Counted from the first letter of the stretch, positions 1 to 14,086 are shown. The stretch: DNA of 64,000 nt from Lama glama (GCA_028534125.1 CM052818.1:30630001-30694000), one strand, 5' to 3'. Notes: generated from the letters alone by a model not told the origin. Numbers and translations: made by a program.

Positions 1-655
1 TGCAGACATGGGCGGGGCTCTTGATAAGGCATGCCCACTGGTGCTAGCAGGTTAGATAGAGTATTCCAAATGGTGCCTGCCAGTGCTGGTGTTATCAGGG
101 TAGCCTGAGATCACATAAATGGCTCTCACTAGTGACCCAGTCCCTGGGGAATGTCCTAAGTGGTTCCTGCCTCTTTGGCAGATGCTTCAAGATTAGTAAG
201 TAGGCCCTATTTACTTATGGTTCATGCATTTTTCAATCTAGTGTCTTTGCAATGGTTTTGGGTTGAGGGAGTCTTTGTGCAAACCCTTTAAGAGTTTTTT
301 TTTTTCCCCTGCAACTCTAGTTTTCCTGGGTGTACTCCCCATTGATTTTCAAAGCCAGATGTTTTGGGGGCTTATCTCTCCTCTGTCTGATCTAGGGGCT
401 GAAGTGCCTGATATGGAGTCTGTTGCTTCTCAGGGAAAATATTACCTTTGTGATCCCTTCTGGTTGTGGATTGATGTGGCTGGGATGTGGGGTTTTCCTT
501 GGCAAGACCTTATTTCCCCCTCTCCTATCCATCCAGATGCTGTCCTTTCACCCTTGGTTGTGGAGGCTCTGTTCATCCAGTATTCAGGCTGTTTTTCTGA
601 GGGAATTATTCCATATGTAGTTGTAAATTTGTTGTGTTTGTGGGGTTTGAAGGAG
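1..655 (-). mobile_element. Old L1 5' UTR-like fragment
   Basis: Resembles reverse-strand laurasiatherian L1 5' regions (…ttttcaaagccagatgttttggggg…gagggaattattccatatgtagttgtaaatt…). Confidence 0.5.
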
Positions 656-2139
656 TTCCTTCCAAGGATGTGCAGGTTCATGAACGCTTTCCTGCAGACA
701 GCCCTCAGCTCCTCAGGGGTAGATCTAATGCCTATGGTAGCCCAGGTCCCAGTCTACTTCCCACCAGCATAAGTAGCAGGACTTTTCCTGCTTGGAAATG
801 TAGACATCTGACCAAGGATATACCTGATGGAATAGTGTGTAGGGTGGTGTGTGTTCTCTTAAGACATTGTCTCTATTCTGTAAACTATCGGTTGTTTCAT
901 ATCCTCCTTCAAAGAGAACCTTTAAGCAATTTTGGGTCTCCCGCCCCTCAAGCTTATCTCTGTACCCAGTAATTTGCCTGCCTCATCTGTTGCAACCAGG
1001 AGGGAGTGAATGTTTAAAGGATTCTTCATGGCTTACTGCAGGTTTTCTCTAGGAAACAAACATTTGAAGCTTAGATGGAGAGCGAAGTGCTCTGGAACTG
1101 AGAGATCTGGTGATGTAATCCTTCTTAGTCTTCTTTCTGTTAAGTTAGTCTTCATTATCAGAAACAGAGCCCACAATTTGTGCAAAAAGATCATAATCAA
1201 TATGACAAATAATTGATTCTCTGAGTCTTTCCATTGACTCTGTCTATTTTATGAATGCATATTAAATGTAACTGTGTCTATTTTATTAATGAGCGCCTTG
1301 CACCGCTGCAGCCTGGAATACAGAACAATCTAATGCTGGCTTGCTAATTGATCCTCTTCTAGAAGGGCTGGTTCAGGGCCTTTCCAGTGGGAAAGAGGCT
1401 GCCTAAGCTGGTGTCTCTCAGGATGTGCAAGAGAGAGAAAGGGCTTTGAGAAAGAAGACTGGATTTCAGTCAGATGCTTGTCATGCTGTTTTTGTCTTCA
1501 TGGTGCCTGTATTGTTGTAAAAGTGAACACAAGTCTGGGCAATGAGAATTATTTCTTACATCAGTTGTTTGTTCAACTGAGCTGACCTTTTGCCAGCTCC
1601 CAGGAACCCCCAAGATTAGCTACCATGGCCAGCACAGGCTCTCCAGGGAGCTATACAGAGGAAAAACTTCAGGCAAAAACAATGTGTTATTGCAGGTTTT
1701 CCCTCAGATGTGTGGTGAGCTGGCTGACCACTCAGCTTCAGAATGGATTAATGCTGACCTCAAAAGCAGGTAAGGGGGTCTTTTGATCACTTTGTCCTGG
1801 GCCACTCCCTGTTCTCTTCCTCCCAGGTGAGGGAAGGCTAAGAGAAGTAAAGTCAAGGAAAAGCTCATCAAAGACTGAAGGAGGAAGGGGTTTCCTTGCT
1901 AACGTCTTGTTCAGAGGTCACCTAGGTCAATCTATTTGCCTTCATACTTGGTGTTCAAACTTCCCAGGAGGTCAGGGGACAGAATAAGGGGCTTCCAAAC
2001 AAGAGGAAACACCAGAGTGATCTTATAAGCCAGGAGTAGGTACAGATAATAAAACAGAGACCCAAAGTGATTAAAAAGGTACATTGCTTGTGATAGCCAC
2101 GGTCCATAAACTAGCAATGTATATATTATATATCACAAT

Positions 2140-4760
2140 AAGAGGGATTATTCCACAGATATAAGGATGGCTCAACATCCAAAAGGGTATTAGTGTTATT
2201 CTTCCCATAATAGATACAAGGAAATGCTATATGATGATTCAAATAGGTGCATAAAAAGCATTTGAGAATCAATACTCGTTGTTAGTGATTAAAAAGAAAC
2301 TCTTAACAAACTAAGAATAAAAGAAACTCCTCTCTTGATTTTACAAACAATGCCCTTCAAATGCTACAGAGAGGATCACATTTAAGAGCTAAACCTCAGG
2401 AAGAAGAGAAGCGTGCTTACCTTTACAATGCAAAATAGCATTAGAGGTCATAGCCATTAACAGGAGATAGGGAAAAAAAAAAATAAGGTATGGGAATTGA
2501 AATGGAAAACACAAAACCATCTTTATTTACAGATATATTTTTGTTTTCATAGGATTCCAATGAATATGAATACAATGAGTAGAAATAAAAAGAGAATTAA
2601 GGAAATGTTTTGGTTAAAAGAATTATTAACAGAAATTAATAGCTTTCCTTTATACTAGAAATAATCAATAGTTAATAGAATAAAATGCCATTCATAGTAG
2701 TAACAAAACCTGAAAGGTATTTAGGGATAAATCTCATTAAAAATGAAAGATGTACTAGCCCCTTTATAGAGAACATTAGAAAACATACTGAAGGACAAAT
2801 TATACCTGAATCAACAGAGAGCTATACTGTGTTCCTAGATGAGAAGAGTGAAAAATAGGAACTTATCAAGTGTCCATGTACCACTTCATAAATTTGGTGC
2901 ATTTCTGGTAAAAATCCCAACAGGGTATTTCATGGAACTTTATGGGCTGATTCTAAAATTTATAGGAAACAGATAAGAGAAAGCCAATGTGAGCAAAGAC
3001 AGTTTTAAGGGAGAAAAAATTTAGTAGCCTTTCCTAAGCAGAAATAAAACTTATTTTGAAGATACAGATATTAAGGAAAGTATGCAATTGAGTTGGGGAG
3101 AAACAGTTAGGCTACTGGAATAGAATGTGGACCCTGAAACAAATAAATTCATAATGATGTTGATGATATTTTATATATATATAATCAGAAATGGCAGATC
3201 TTACAAATGGGGAAAAGATCACTAACAGTCATTTCTGGGACAGTTGACTAATTGTCCACTTGGGAAAAAATTAGATTTTGGACTCATTTCATGCAAAAAA
3301 TAAATTACAGTTAGATTAAAGGTCTAAATGTGTGAAAGTGAATTTTTAGGAGAAATTATAGAAAAATATATTTATGACTGTGATACAGGAAAGAATTTCT
3401 TTAAAAATGACTAAAAAAAGTGCAAAAAAGAAAACAATTGATAACAACTTTAAAAAAACTTATGCAGAAGAAAATGTACGATAGAGGTGGTTAAAAAGAC
3501 AAGCCATTGCCTTAAAGAATGTATTTGCAATAAACATATCCAATCAGGAACAGTAATCGAGACTATGTGCACAACCTTCACAAACCAGTAATCCCCCAAT
3601 GGCAAAGATTTTGAAGAGGCAATTCATGGAAGAGGAAACCTGAACAGACAATTACTCTATGATGAGAGGCTCAGCTTCATGACTGGTCGGGAAAAAACAA
3701 AAAATGAGATATTTGGCACCCATCAAACTTACAAAATTAAAATATCTGTCAATACTGAATTGTTGGCAAGGATGCACAGAAATGGAAACTTTCATACAGT
3801 CACTTTGCTTATGTTACAATTCAACAATTCTACCTTTAGGCACATAGCCTGTAGCTGCATTCTGTTACAGTAGCCTCTAGCCACATGTAGCTATTTGAGC
3901 ACTTGAAAAACTGAGATGTAATTTAAACGTAAACATCAGATTGAAAAGACTTAGTATAAGAAAAAGAATATACAGTATCTGATTCACAATTTTGTACTGA
4001 TTACTTACTGGAATTATAATACTTTGGATATGTTGGTTAAATACAGCATAGTATTAGGATTAAAATTTAACCTGTTACTTTTAATTTGTTAAAATGTGGC
4101 TACTGGAAAATTTTAAATTATATATATGGCTAGCATTTTATTTCTACTAGACAGTGCTTGTTTAGAGAAACTCTCACACATCTACTCAAGAAGACACGTA
4201 CAAGAATGCTTGTGGTCGCATTTTTCTGCAATCACAAATTTAGAAACAACCTCTATGTTGATCAACAGGACTATTAATAACTTGTGTCCATGCAGTGAAG
4301 TTCTATACAGAGTTAAAATAAATAAATTAGAGCCACCTATGTAAGCAAGGAGAAAGCTCAGAAACAGGTTATGGAATATTATGCAGAGTATTTTAGGCAA
4401 AAAAATACAGGTAGTAGAATATTACATTAAGTGTGATATCATTCATTTGATGTTTTAAAAACTCCACAGAAAAATAACAAATGTTGTTTATGAATATACA
4501 TATGCAGTAGAAGTATAAAAACACAGAAATGATACAAACCAATTTTGGAATAATTATTGCCTCTGGGAATGGAAGGACGAAAATGAGTTTAGGAAGAGTT
4601 ATATCAGAGTCTTTAACTGTACTATTAACATTTTATTTTTTTTAAAAAAAGATTAGAAGCAAAAATGGCAAATTGCTAGAATTTGTTAAAGCCATAAAGT
4701 ACATAGATACATCATGTGTGATTTTTTTCTCCATAGTTTTCTCTATGTTAAAAAATTGTT
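2140..4760 (+). mobile_element. Ancient degraded L1 (L1M/L1ME-type ORF2 and 3' end), interrupted by MER33
   Basis: A-rich sequence with degenerate ORF2 motifs (ggatggctcaacatc, aaaagcatttga, ctgattctaaaatttata). Confidence 0.75.
3853..4160. mobile_element. MER33/MER3-like hAT-Charlie element
   Basis: tagcctctagccacatgtagctatttgagcacttgaaa ... aatgtggctact ... tagacagtgct. Confidence 0.7.
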
Positions 4761-4889
4761 CGCATAAAGAGTGAGACTATACTGTGTGAGACGGATTTTT
4801 AAAAGACTAAATTTCAAAGACTTGGCGAAGATACTGCAATCTAAGAAATGTGCAGGGAAGGAGGTTGTGTTTACACCATGAGCTGGAAA

Positions 4890-5110
4890 TAGAGTAGCCT
4901 GAGGTAGTGGCACACGCTTAAAGCTTCGGAGAAAGACCACCCAGGTTCAGATCGTAGCTGGGCTGCTTTTAAGCTGTGTACCCTTGAGCCATGGCATTAA
5001 GTGCTCATGTCTATGAAATGAGGATCACAGTATTTGCCCTTCAGGGTCGTTATGAGGTTCACAGTGACATACACACCAAGTGTCTGGCACAGCCGACATT
5101 CTGTAAACTG
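4890..5110 (+). mobile_element. MIR SINE
   Basis: Core-like ccaggttcagatc...agctgtgtacccttgag...ctatgaaatgaggat...gtgtctggcacag. Confidence 0.6.
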
Positions 5111-6470
5111 TAGGCTCATGTACTTCAGTGCAGATTCTCATTCCCTTCCTTTCTGTCTCAGACTTTCCATACACCTCCTGCTTTCTTCCTCACTTCAAAG
5201 CCAGAAGAGGAACCCCTCTCAGATAAGAATCACACCACAAACACATATGACTGTGTCCCTGAGAAAAGAGAAAGGCTGCTAACATAATGAATATACCTGT
5301 TTTGGCAGGATAGGATTTAAGCAAAGCTTTATTGTGTAATGGAAATAACACTTGTCTAGCTGATCTCTCAGAGCAGCTATGAAAACAACTTCTATGATGA
5401 GTGGGAAAGCCTTCTCTGGACACTGACAGATCCTTGCCTCGTCTGCAGTAGTTGATTTGGGGGACTTGCCCTCATTTTGGCAGGTCCGAAGTGGAAAACG
5501 TGTAGGCAGAGGGGGCTCTGAAACCAAGAAGTGGAACTGCAGAGATCTTGGGTGCTTATTATCAGGATGACCTTAAACCAGTTCCCAGTGAATGACAGCT
5601 AGGGTTAGAATTGAAATCATCTACAGCACAACGTTCTCTAGTGTTCCCCACAGATACGCAAATGAAGTAAGATTTTCCTAAGGGATACAGCACTCTGCTT
5701 ATGGAGGTGCTCCAAGGACTGACAAAATTGCCTGAGTTCCTTCCTTTGTCAGTCAGTCCACACATCCATTTATCCACCCAGACATTCATCCTTCCACCCA
5801 GTCAAAAGAGAAGGCAAACCATAAAGGAGAACCTACTATGTGCCAGGTGCTATGTTATGTGTACTGTGTGATAATTGTAACCAGGTTGTTTTGTGCTGGG
5901 TGCTCTACTTAAGAGTATTGAGGTGAATGTGGCATAGTCACCGAATCAGAGGTGTGACAGGGAAACAGGGGCAATATTACAAGTACACAAATAGCTAATA
6001 CACACCTCAAAACAAAAATTGCCAGGCTTAAAGAAAATGCTACAGGAATCAAAGGAAGAGATGTCAAAACCAGGGTCCAGCCCTCAGAAACCATGAAGCC
6101 TTTGAACTGGTAACAAGTAATTAGGCACGGCCTGGGCACAGAGCATCCCAAGTGTAGGAAAACAGTGCACAAGGCACAGAAGAGGGAAGTTCAGGCCGGG
6201 AGAGAATTATCATAAAATATGAACAGATGGGATTGGAACCATGGGCCCATTCCTTTTATTAAATGACTTTGCTGTAGTCCAAAGAGGGTCCCTCTACCTT
6301 CAGCATCCAACCACCCCAAAAACCACGTGTCTCCTACACTGTCAGACACTTCTAGCTCTGATCATTTGAAAAATATGCCTAAAGCAAAACTGAAACTTCA
6401 TGTTGTGAACTTCTTCCTTTTTTACAGTTTGGTATTCTGGGCCCCTGATTTTCTTCTTGGGTGGAGAGTT

Positions 6471-7746
6471 TTTTTTTTTATTGATTTATAATCATTTTAC
6501 AATGTTGTGTCAAATTCCAGTGTTCAGCACAATTTTTCAGTCATTCATGGACATATACACACTCATTGTCACATTTTTTCCTCCGTGAGTTATCATAACA
6601 TTTTGTGTATATTTCCCTGTGCTATACAGTGTAATCTTGNNNNNNNNNNNNNNNNNNNNNNNNNNNNNNNNNNNNNNNNNNNNNNNNNNNNNNNNNNNNN
6701 NNNNNNNNNNNNNNNNNNNNNNNNNNNNNNNNNNNNNNNNNNNNNNNNNNNNNNNNNNNNNNNNNNNNNNNNNNNNNNNNNNNNNNNNNNNNNNNNNNNN
6801 NNNNNNNNNNNNNNNNNNNNNNNNNNNNNNNNNNNNNNNNNNNNNNNNNNNNNNNNNNNNNNNNNNNNNNNNNNNNNNNNNNNNNNNNNNNNNNNNNNNN
6901 NNNNNNNNNNNNNNNNNNNNNNNNNNNNNNNNNNNNNNNNNNNNNNNNNNNNNNNNNNNNNNNNNNNNNNNNNNNNNNNNNNNNNNNNNNNNNNNNNNNN
7001 NNNNNNNNNNNNNNNNNNNNNNNNNNNNNNNNNNNNNNNNNNNNNNNNNNNNNNNNNNNNNNNNNNNNNNNNNNNNNNNNNNNNNNNNNNNNNNNNNNNN
7101 NNNNNNNNNNNNNNNNNNNNNNNNNNNNNNNNNNNNNNNGGTCCCTTATGCTATTTTCATTATTTTTTATTTGCTTATCTTGTAGTTCTTCTGAATGGGT
7201 GCTTTCTATTGCCCTGTCTTCTAGATAACTAATTCGTTCCTCTGCGTTATCTAGTCGGCTTTGCACAGCTATTAGATCATTCCTCATTTCTTTCAATGAG
7301 TTTACCCATTCTACTTGGCTCTTCTTTATAGCTTCAGTTTCATTTTTGACATATTTTATATCTCTAAACACTATCTCTTTTAATTCCTTCAGCAATTTGA
7401 TCACTCTTTTTTTGAAATCTTGATCTAGTAGGCTATCGATGTCTATTTCATTGATCTTTCTTTCAGGGGATTCCTCTTGTTCTTCTAATTGGAAAAGGTT
7501 TCTCTGCTTCTTCATCTTGCTCATACCTCTCTGGCACTGTGGTTTATGGAGTATCAGTTGTCTATTTTGGATCTTAAGGATTTTATCTATCTAATGCCTA
7601 TTTAGGAATAGAACTTAGGAGAAAAAAGAAAAAAATAGAGAGAGAGAAAAATTTTTAAAAGAAGGGAGAAAGAGAGTTTGAAAACAGTGTATAGTGAATA
7701 ATAGAAGAGCAAGTTGAAGCAGAGTATTAATCGGGTTGAGACGTCC
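6471..7746 (-). mobile_element. Young L1 insertion; 3' end and ORF1/5' UTR are visible, the interior lies in the assembly gap
   Basis: Poly(T) and L1 3' UTR at 6471-6639; ORF1p N-terminus MSKMKKQRN...RLDNAEERISYLEDR open from 7524 to 7140; 13-bp TSD TGGGTGGAGAGTT at 6458-6470 and 7747-7759. Confidence 0.88.
6640..7139. other. Assembly gap (500 N)
   Basis: Run of N. Confidence 1.
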
Positions 7747-8225
7747 TGGGTGGAGAGTTGAGAGCACATGAACGTGCTTGGAACCTGGAAAGACTAGGTA
7801 CCTTATAGACGGCACAGCAGTGGCTTAGAACCAGCAAGAGGCAGAGTCACACATGCTGGAGCCACTAGGATTTTTGACTCCTTCCCTCCAACTGCTTCAG
7901 TTATCTGAACTACATCCTCACTGTCCTCTTGATGCCATGAAGGCATGCCTACCTTTCCTCTGCCTCCATGAGGACCTTGATGCATTCCTGCATGATCTTT
8001 ATCATTAAACTCTATTAGCTTTAAGCCTCTCCCATTAAAGAATAAAAGCAAACTCTTTCCTAATGCCAAATCCGTGCTACTTTTATCAGTCATCCATCAA
8101 TCCCTTATAGTCAAGTTCTTGAAAGAGTTCACCCGCATTTCCATTTTCCATTTCCTCTTATATAAATCACTGTTTAGCCTATTGTGTTTTGGATTCCACC
8201 CCAATGCTCCACTGAATGGCTCTCA

Positions 8226-8953
8226 GGGTGTTAGTTATCTAATGCTGGGTAACAGATTACCCCAAATGCTATCTCACACATTTTCTTAGGATCAGGAATT
8301 TGGAAACAGCTTAGTTGGGTGGTTCTGGCTCAGGGTTTCTCACATGCTTGTGGTAAAGCTGCCAGTGGAGCTGTGGTCATCTCAAGGTTCAGCTGAGGCT
8401 GGAGTAGACTTCCACGTTCCCTCAGATGGTTGATCCTTCGGTTCTCCCTAGCCATTGTTCAGAGACTTTTGTTCTCATCACATGCGACTTCTCCATGGGG
8501 CTTCTCAAAACATGGAAGCTTGCTTCTCCTAGAGCAAAAGACCAGAGAGGTAGACAGAGACAGAGACAGAGACAGAGACAAAGAGAGAGTGTACCCAAGA
8601 CAGGTGCCACAATCTTCTATACTCCAAACTTAGGTGTGACTCATCACTGCTCTCATCACATGCTGTTGGTCATGCAGACCAGCCCTGTCGTGAGAGGGAT
8701 CACGCAGGGTGTGAACACCAGCAGGTGGGGGTGGCAGCAGGAGCCCTCACGGAATTAGTGCCCTTAGAAGCAGAAACATGGGACAGTTTGCTTCCTCTTT
8801 CTCTCTGCCACATGAAGATGTAATCAGGAAGAAGATTCTCTTGGTTGGCACTTCCATCTCGGGCTTCCTAATCTCCAGAACTGTGAGAAATACATTTCTA
8901 TTGTTTAAGCCGCCCAGACTGGTATATTTGTTGCAGCAGCCCAAACTAAGATA
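8226..8953. mobile_element. Two abutting MaLR (MLT1-family) LTR fragments in opposite orientations, with a (GACAGA)n tract at ~8550-8590
   Basis: tgttagttatcta..acagattaccccaaa..ggatcaggaatttgg; and ctccagaactgtgagaaatacatttctattgtttaagcc..gcagcagcccaaactaagatac. Confidence 0.7.
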
Positions 8954-11499
8954 CCAAACAAGGAATTTTATCTCCGTGTAGGATTTCACTTACCTGACCA
9001 CCCCCTCTTCTCTCCTGGTGTTTGTGATCGTCCCCTCCTTTGGATTTCCTCCAACTCCTTGGGCGATTAATTCTCAGCCTCCACCCCTCCTCCTCCTAAG
9101 GATTAGTGTGCTCCCGGGAAAATGTCCGCAGCTCCCTGATTTCCTCTCCCAAACTGCGTGGTCCCAAGCTGAACTCATAATCTTCCTTTTATAACCTGCC
9201 CTCCTTTGGTCACCACGACAGTAACTGGTCTGGGACCTCAATTGCTCCCCAACATCAGGAGTCTCTGCAATATCAGAATTATTGGCTAAACTCTAGGTTG
9301 CAAATTATGGAACCTCAGGAATACGTTGTTTATTTAAACTAAATAGTGTTTACAAAAAAGAAAAATGACAAAAATCCAGATTTTCACTTACCCTTTAGCC
9401 CCAAATTTCCACCTGACAACAGTAAGTGGGAGCTGAGTGGCAGCTACCCTGTTTATTCTAAGCACATGCCACCCAATCTGCTATGCAATTTGTCACGGTC
9501 CCCACTCCTGCGTGTTGATCTCCAACAAGATACCTGACATGCTTTGCTTTTTAAAAATTACTTGCACAGACTTTGTAGTAAGGTGTATCATAGATTTGTC
9601 TGGAAACATGCTGGTTCTTTAAAAAATGCAGAATTATTCATTGCACGTGCAAAAAATAAAGATACTATTGCAATAGTATAGGAAATGTGGGTTTTACATT
9701 GCTCCAGCTCAAACACTACCTGAAGGAAATTGAAGTCATTTCCAGAGTGAAGTATCTGTGGCAGCTGCTCCCTGCCCCTGGTCTGGTTTATGCTGTTAAT
9801 TAGACATGGCTAATAAGCTGCCTGATGAGTTTGCACTTGTCCAGCATTTAGAGAACTTAGAGCATACTTGGTCCAAAACCTATGGTAAGACCCCACCCAA
9901 GCTCAGTGAACAAGCCACCCAAGTTTGTTCAGTGATTTCTGCTCTCTTGGTTGGGCCCATTTAGTTGAGTCGGATGGGTTGCTGCTGAATACAGCTCTCC
10001 AGGTCATCCATTTGGATAGAAGGTGTGTGTCACTTCTATACACCACTGGCTTATTCCAGCGGGGGTGGAGTCAAGTCCTCAGGAAGCAGGGCAGTTGCTT
10101 ACACGTTTTGGAGATTTAGCTCCTTCCTGAGCTGAGCTTCTAGGTAAGAGAGAGTGCCAGGCTTTGGAAATACTGGGTTACGGGTTGGTAAATTCAGCTG
10201 GATGTAACAGGGATACCAAGGGCCCACACCTGAGCCTGAACAACTGTTTCTTTAAACAGAAAACAATGCTTTTGAAAACTCCAAACAAGAATTTATTATA
10301 GTATTAAATCAGGGGTAAATAACATGTAGGAATAGATTATAAACACAGAAAACTGCTACTAAGTGATAGATGGTCTGTTTAATCTGTTTCAGTTCACTGA
10401 TAACATTTTGCAGGTGTAATCAGGGTTCTGCTCTGCTAACCTGGGCCACAAATCACCTTGTCTGCCTGCAGTTTGCTGGTTTTATTTACAATCGTATTTC
10501 ATCCACATGTAAAGATCTCCAGGAACCTAATTTTTCCAGAAGTCTCCCTTCCTTACAAAAGTTTATGTACTGCTCTCCCATTTCCTGTCATAAAATGGGG
10601 GATACATTTTAAGAATACGTTTCTTTGAAAAGATCCAAACAATGTTTTTTTCTCTTTTTCACTACACTAAGCTATATTAAATACATAAAAATGTGTTGTG
10701 AGCCAAATACACTCATATTTCAACAAAATAAAGTTTCTCTGCAGGCACTGAGATTTAAGTATCCTATCAAATTAAATCAGCTACACATTGAATTCCCCTC
10801 TCTGAGCCACCAAACTTCTGAGATCTTATTACTTTTGGCAATAGAAGAAACTGGTCACTCTTACAAGTAATTCAGGCTGGACAGGTTGGGGAGTAAAACC
10901 TGGTCTCTTAACTCAAGGGAAGCCAAAGAATTAAGGTAGTCTTAAATGGCACCATTTGCTGCTTTAACCCGAGTCTTACTTTCCATAAGTAAAAGTAGGG
11001 TTTGAGAATGAATGTCAAAGCAACTTGGCCATCTGCTCCAATTTTCATTTTATTTTGGCAGCTCTCCTTTGGCTGGGTGTATATGAAGTTGACTCTTGAT
11101 TCAAAAAGAAAGCAGGATAAAAAGAGAAGAAAGGAAGAGTAAGTAGATACTGGGTGAAGGGAGTGGGAAAGGAAACATCTATTGAGAACTGACTATAGCG
11201 AGGCATTTTGTTTATTTTATCCCATTTAATGTCATAAACCCCTGATAAGTAGGTATTGTGTCCACTGATGATATGAGACTTTGAAAGACTGGCGAATTCA
11301 CAAACCCATATTCTTTCTATTACTACCTAGAGAATAAGAAAAAGTGAGAAGGAACAAATTTTAAAGATTATGACCCATCCACTTCAGGGATTTGTTCAAA
11401 AATTGGTGCAAGGGAGGTGTGGGGCTCAAAGGGCTAAGTTAAGGATGAAAGGCTAAGAAGTATCATTGTAAAAGGATGAGAATCAAATGCAAGGTCCAA

Positions 11500-12230
11500 G
11501 AAGCTCTGGTAAATTTCCTGAAGCTTAAGCTTGTGTTTTGATGGTTTTGGAGTGTTTGGAAGAGTTCTGTGGTTCCTTGACTTAGACTGATGTGAATGGT
11601 GAGTAATAGAGAAAGCAGTATGTTCTATGCATTAAGCAGCAGGTGCCAGACATGATCTGACTTGAGCATTAAAAGGATGACTCTGCTTGCTTTGTAGAGC
11701 ATAGACAATAGGGCCTCAGGTGTAAAACAGAGCACACCAGCCAGGTGGTATGGCAGTAGTCTAGGTGAGATGGGATGATGGCAAGAACCAAAGTGGCAGT
11801 GATGGACAGAGTGAGAAGTGGTTGTATTTATATTACATTTTGAAAGTAGAGCCAATCTGATGGCTGATGGATTAGATGTGATATGTGAGACAAAGAGAGC
11901 TCAAGAATAATACCAAGATAGTTTTTGTTTGTTTGTTTGTTTTCGGCCTGAGCAATTGTTTGAAACTTTGATGGGGGACTATCTGAGGAGAAACATGTTT
12001 GAAAAGGGTGAAGAGGATTTAAGCCCCAGTTTGGGATAGAATAACTTTGATATTATCTATTTGTCATTCAAGTGAAATTATTTTAAAGACAGTTAGATAC
12101 ACAAATCTGAAGATACTGCATCAGGACTGGAGGTATGTACAGAAATGTGTGGCATTTATATCTGTGAGACTGGATGAGATCACTATAGGGGTGAGGGTAG
12201 ACGGGGCAGAGAAGAGGTCTGTGGATCGAA
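11500..12230 (-). mobile_element. L2 fragment
   Basis: Typical L2 antisense text (ttttgaaagtagagcca..gatggattagatgtg..gagactggatgagatcac). Confidence 0.65.
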
Positions 12231-13359
12231 GGCCACTCTGGCTTTTGTGTTAAGAATCATTACTGGTCCATCTTGGAGCCATCCACAACTTTCCTGTGTT
12301 ACACCCCGCATCAATTTTATCAGCAAATCCATGTTCTCATGATGACCCACAGCTATCATTCCAATCCCAGCTGCCATGATGACGCCACTCGGTGATGACA
12401 GTAGCTTTCCAACTTTGTTACTGCAGCCTGAGCAGGCTAATACAGATGGTAGTGGCTTCTTGCAGGGCCTGATCTCTGGGTGACAGTACCTCTCCCCACC
12501 TCTTCCCATTTTGATTCTCTAGTCCTTTTTAACACTTTTAAGCAGTATCTCCTGCATTAAATCCTTTTGTGCTGAAAAGCGCCTAAGGTGATTTCCATTT
12601 TTTTCTGACTATATCCCGATTGACAGAGTATTTGCCTCCAAGGATGATGATACATCATATTGGATCAAAGTACGTCTATTGATACAGGTGCAATTGCCAG
12701 GGATTTTGAAACTTCTGTATTATCTTGAGCAGCTGGAGGGGTTACTATCAGTTTGCTTGTTTGGTTAACTGAAACCTGGACTCCACAGTGGCCTGATTCA
12801 ATGAAGCTGACATGCTACAACTTCTTTGGTGTAACAGAAAGGAAGATATCCAAAGGCTTAGGGAGAAGATTGGAATACATTTTTCAGATGTGACCCCCTC
12901 CACCCCACATTCCACTATGTCCCCAGGAAGAAGCAAAGCATTGAGGAATGCACTGATGAGGGAAACACCATAATTCTGTAAAACTCTGTACTGCCTGTCT
13001 CTTGCTGGCTGGGCAAGAAAGTAATAGAAGCCACTTTACAACGCACCCTAAAAAAGTGCCTAAGACCAAGTGTCGGCACTAAGCTGCCTGAGACAACATG
13101 GCCGCCATTAGTGAAATGGTCAGTAGGGGTGAAACAGCCATCTGAATGTTGTAACCCATTGTGACAATCTGACCAGCATCCTTGGCACTTTGGTCCTGGA
13201 TACCGCACTCTACTGCACTCCTCCTTCATCTCTTTTCTGGTTCCTGCTCATCCTAACCTCTAATCTGGGAGTTCCCCAGAGCTCAGTCTTAAAATCTCTT
13301 TTCTTCTCATTTCCTAGGTGACCTCAAATAATGTCATCATTTTAAATACCATTTATATT

Positions 13360-13730
13360 GTCTTAGTGCGTTCAGGCTGCTATAACAAAACTACCATAGA
13401 CTGGCTGGCTTAAACAGCAAACATTTCTTTATCACAGCTCTGGAGGCTGGAAAGTCCCAGATCAAAGTGGTGGCAGATTCAGTGTCTGGGGAGAGCCCAC
13501 TTCTTAGTTCATACAGGCCATCTTGTCATTGTGTCTTGACATAATAGAAGGGGCAAGGAAGCTCCCCAGGATCTATAAGGGCACTTATAAGGGCACTGAT
13601 CATCTTCACAAGGGCTTTGCCTTGATGACTTAATCACCTACCAAAGGCCTCATCTCCCAGTGCCATTGCACTGGGGATTAGGATTTCAATATATGAATTT
13701 TGTTAGGGACACAAACATTCAGTCTATAGC
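13360..13730 (-). mobile_element. MLT1A-like MaLR LTR
   Basis: tgtcttagtgcgttcaggctgctataacaaaactaccatagactgg...ggacacaaacattcagtctatagca. Confidence 0.8.
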
Positions 13731-14086
13731 ATTCTACTCTGGCCCCTCAGAATCCTTATCCTTCTCACATCCTAAATTTACATCTCAATTTTTGATGTCT
13801 CCCCTTGCTTCTAATCTTGTAAACCTGAATATTTAATAGACATTATAAGTGTAACAGATCCAGAGCAGAACTCTTGATCTGCCATCCTCCAAACCCATTC
13901 CTCTCCCATTAATTTCTCACTATTTATCGAGTTGCTTGGATCGAAACTTTGGAGTCATTTTAATTCTTTTCTTTCCTTCATACCTCACGTATAATCCATT
14001 TGCTAATCCTTCAACTATATCTTCAAAATAGATCCTTACTCTTTCCATTGAACTTTATCTCATTCTTACCATTCTGGTTTGTGTCA

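Noticed and set aside
263..772. 169-aa ORF
   Set aside because: Lies antisense within an old L1 5' region, has a non-ATG start and no recognisable domain
1690..1780. Exon-like segment ending AAGCAG|GTAAGG
   Set aside because: No supporting frame, partner exon or homology; such motifs arise by chance
6507..7232. Long ORFs of 188-300 aa in the ORF track
   Set aside because: Artefacts of translating the 500-N gap; only the - strand 7140-7524 portion is real (L1 ORF1)
13574..13597. Exact 12-bp tandem duplication TATAAGGGCACT x2
   Set aside because: Ordinary slippage duplication inside an MLT1 LTR
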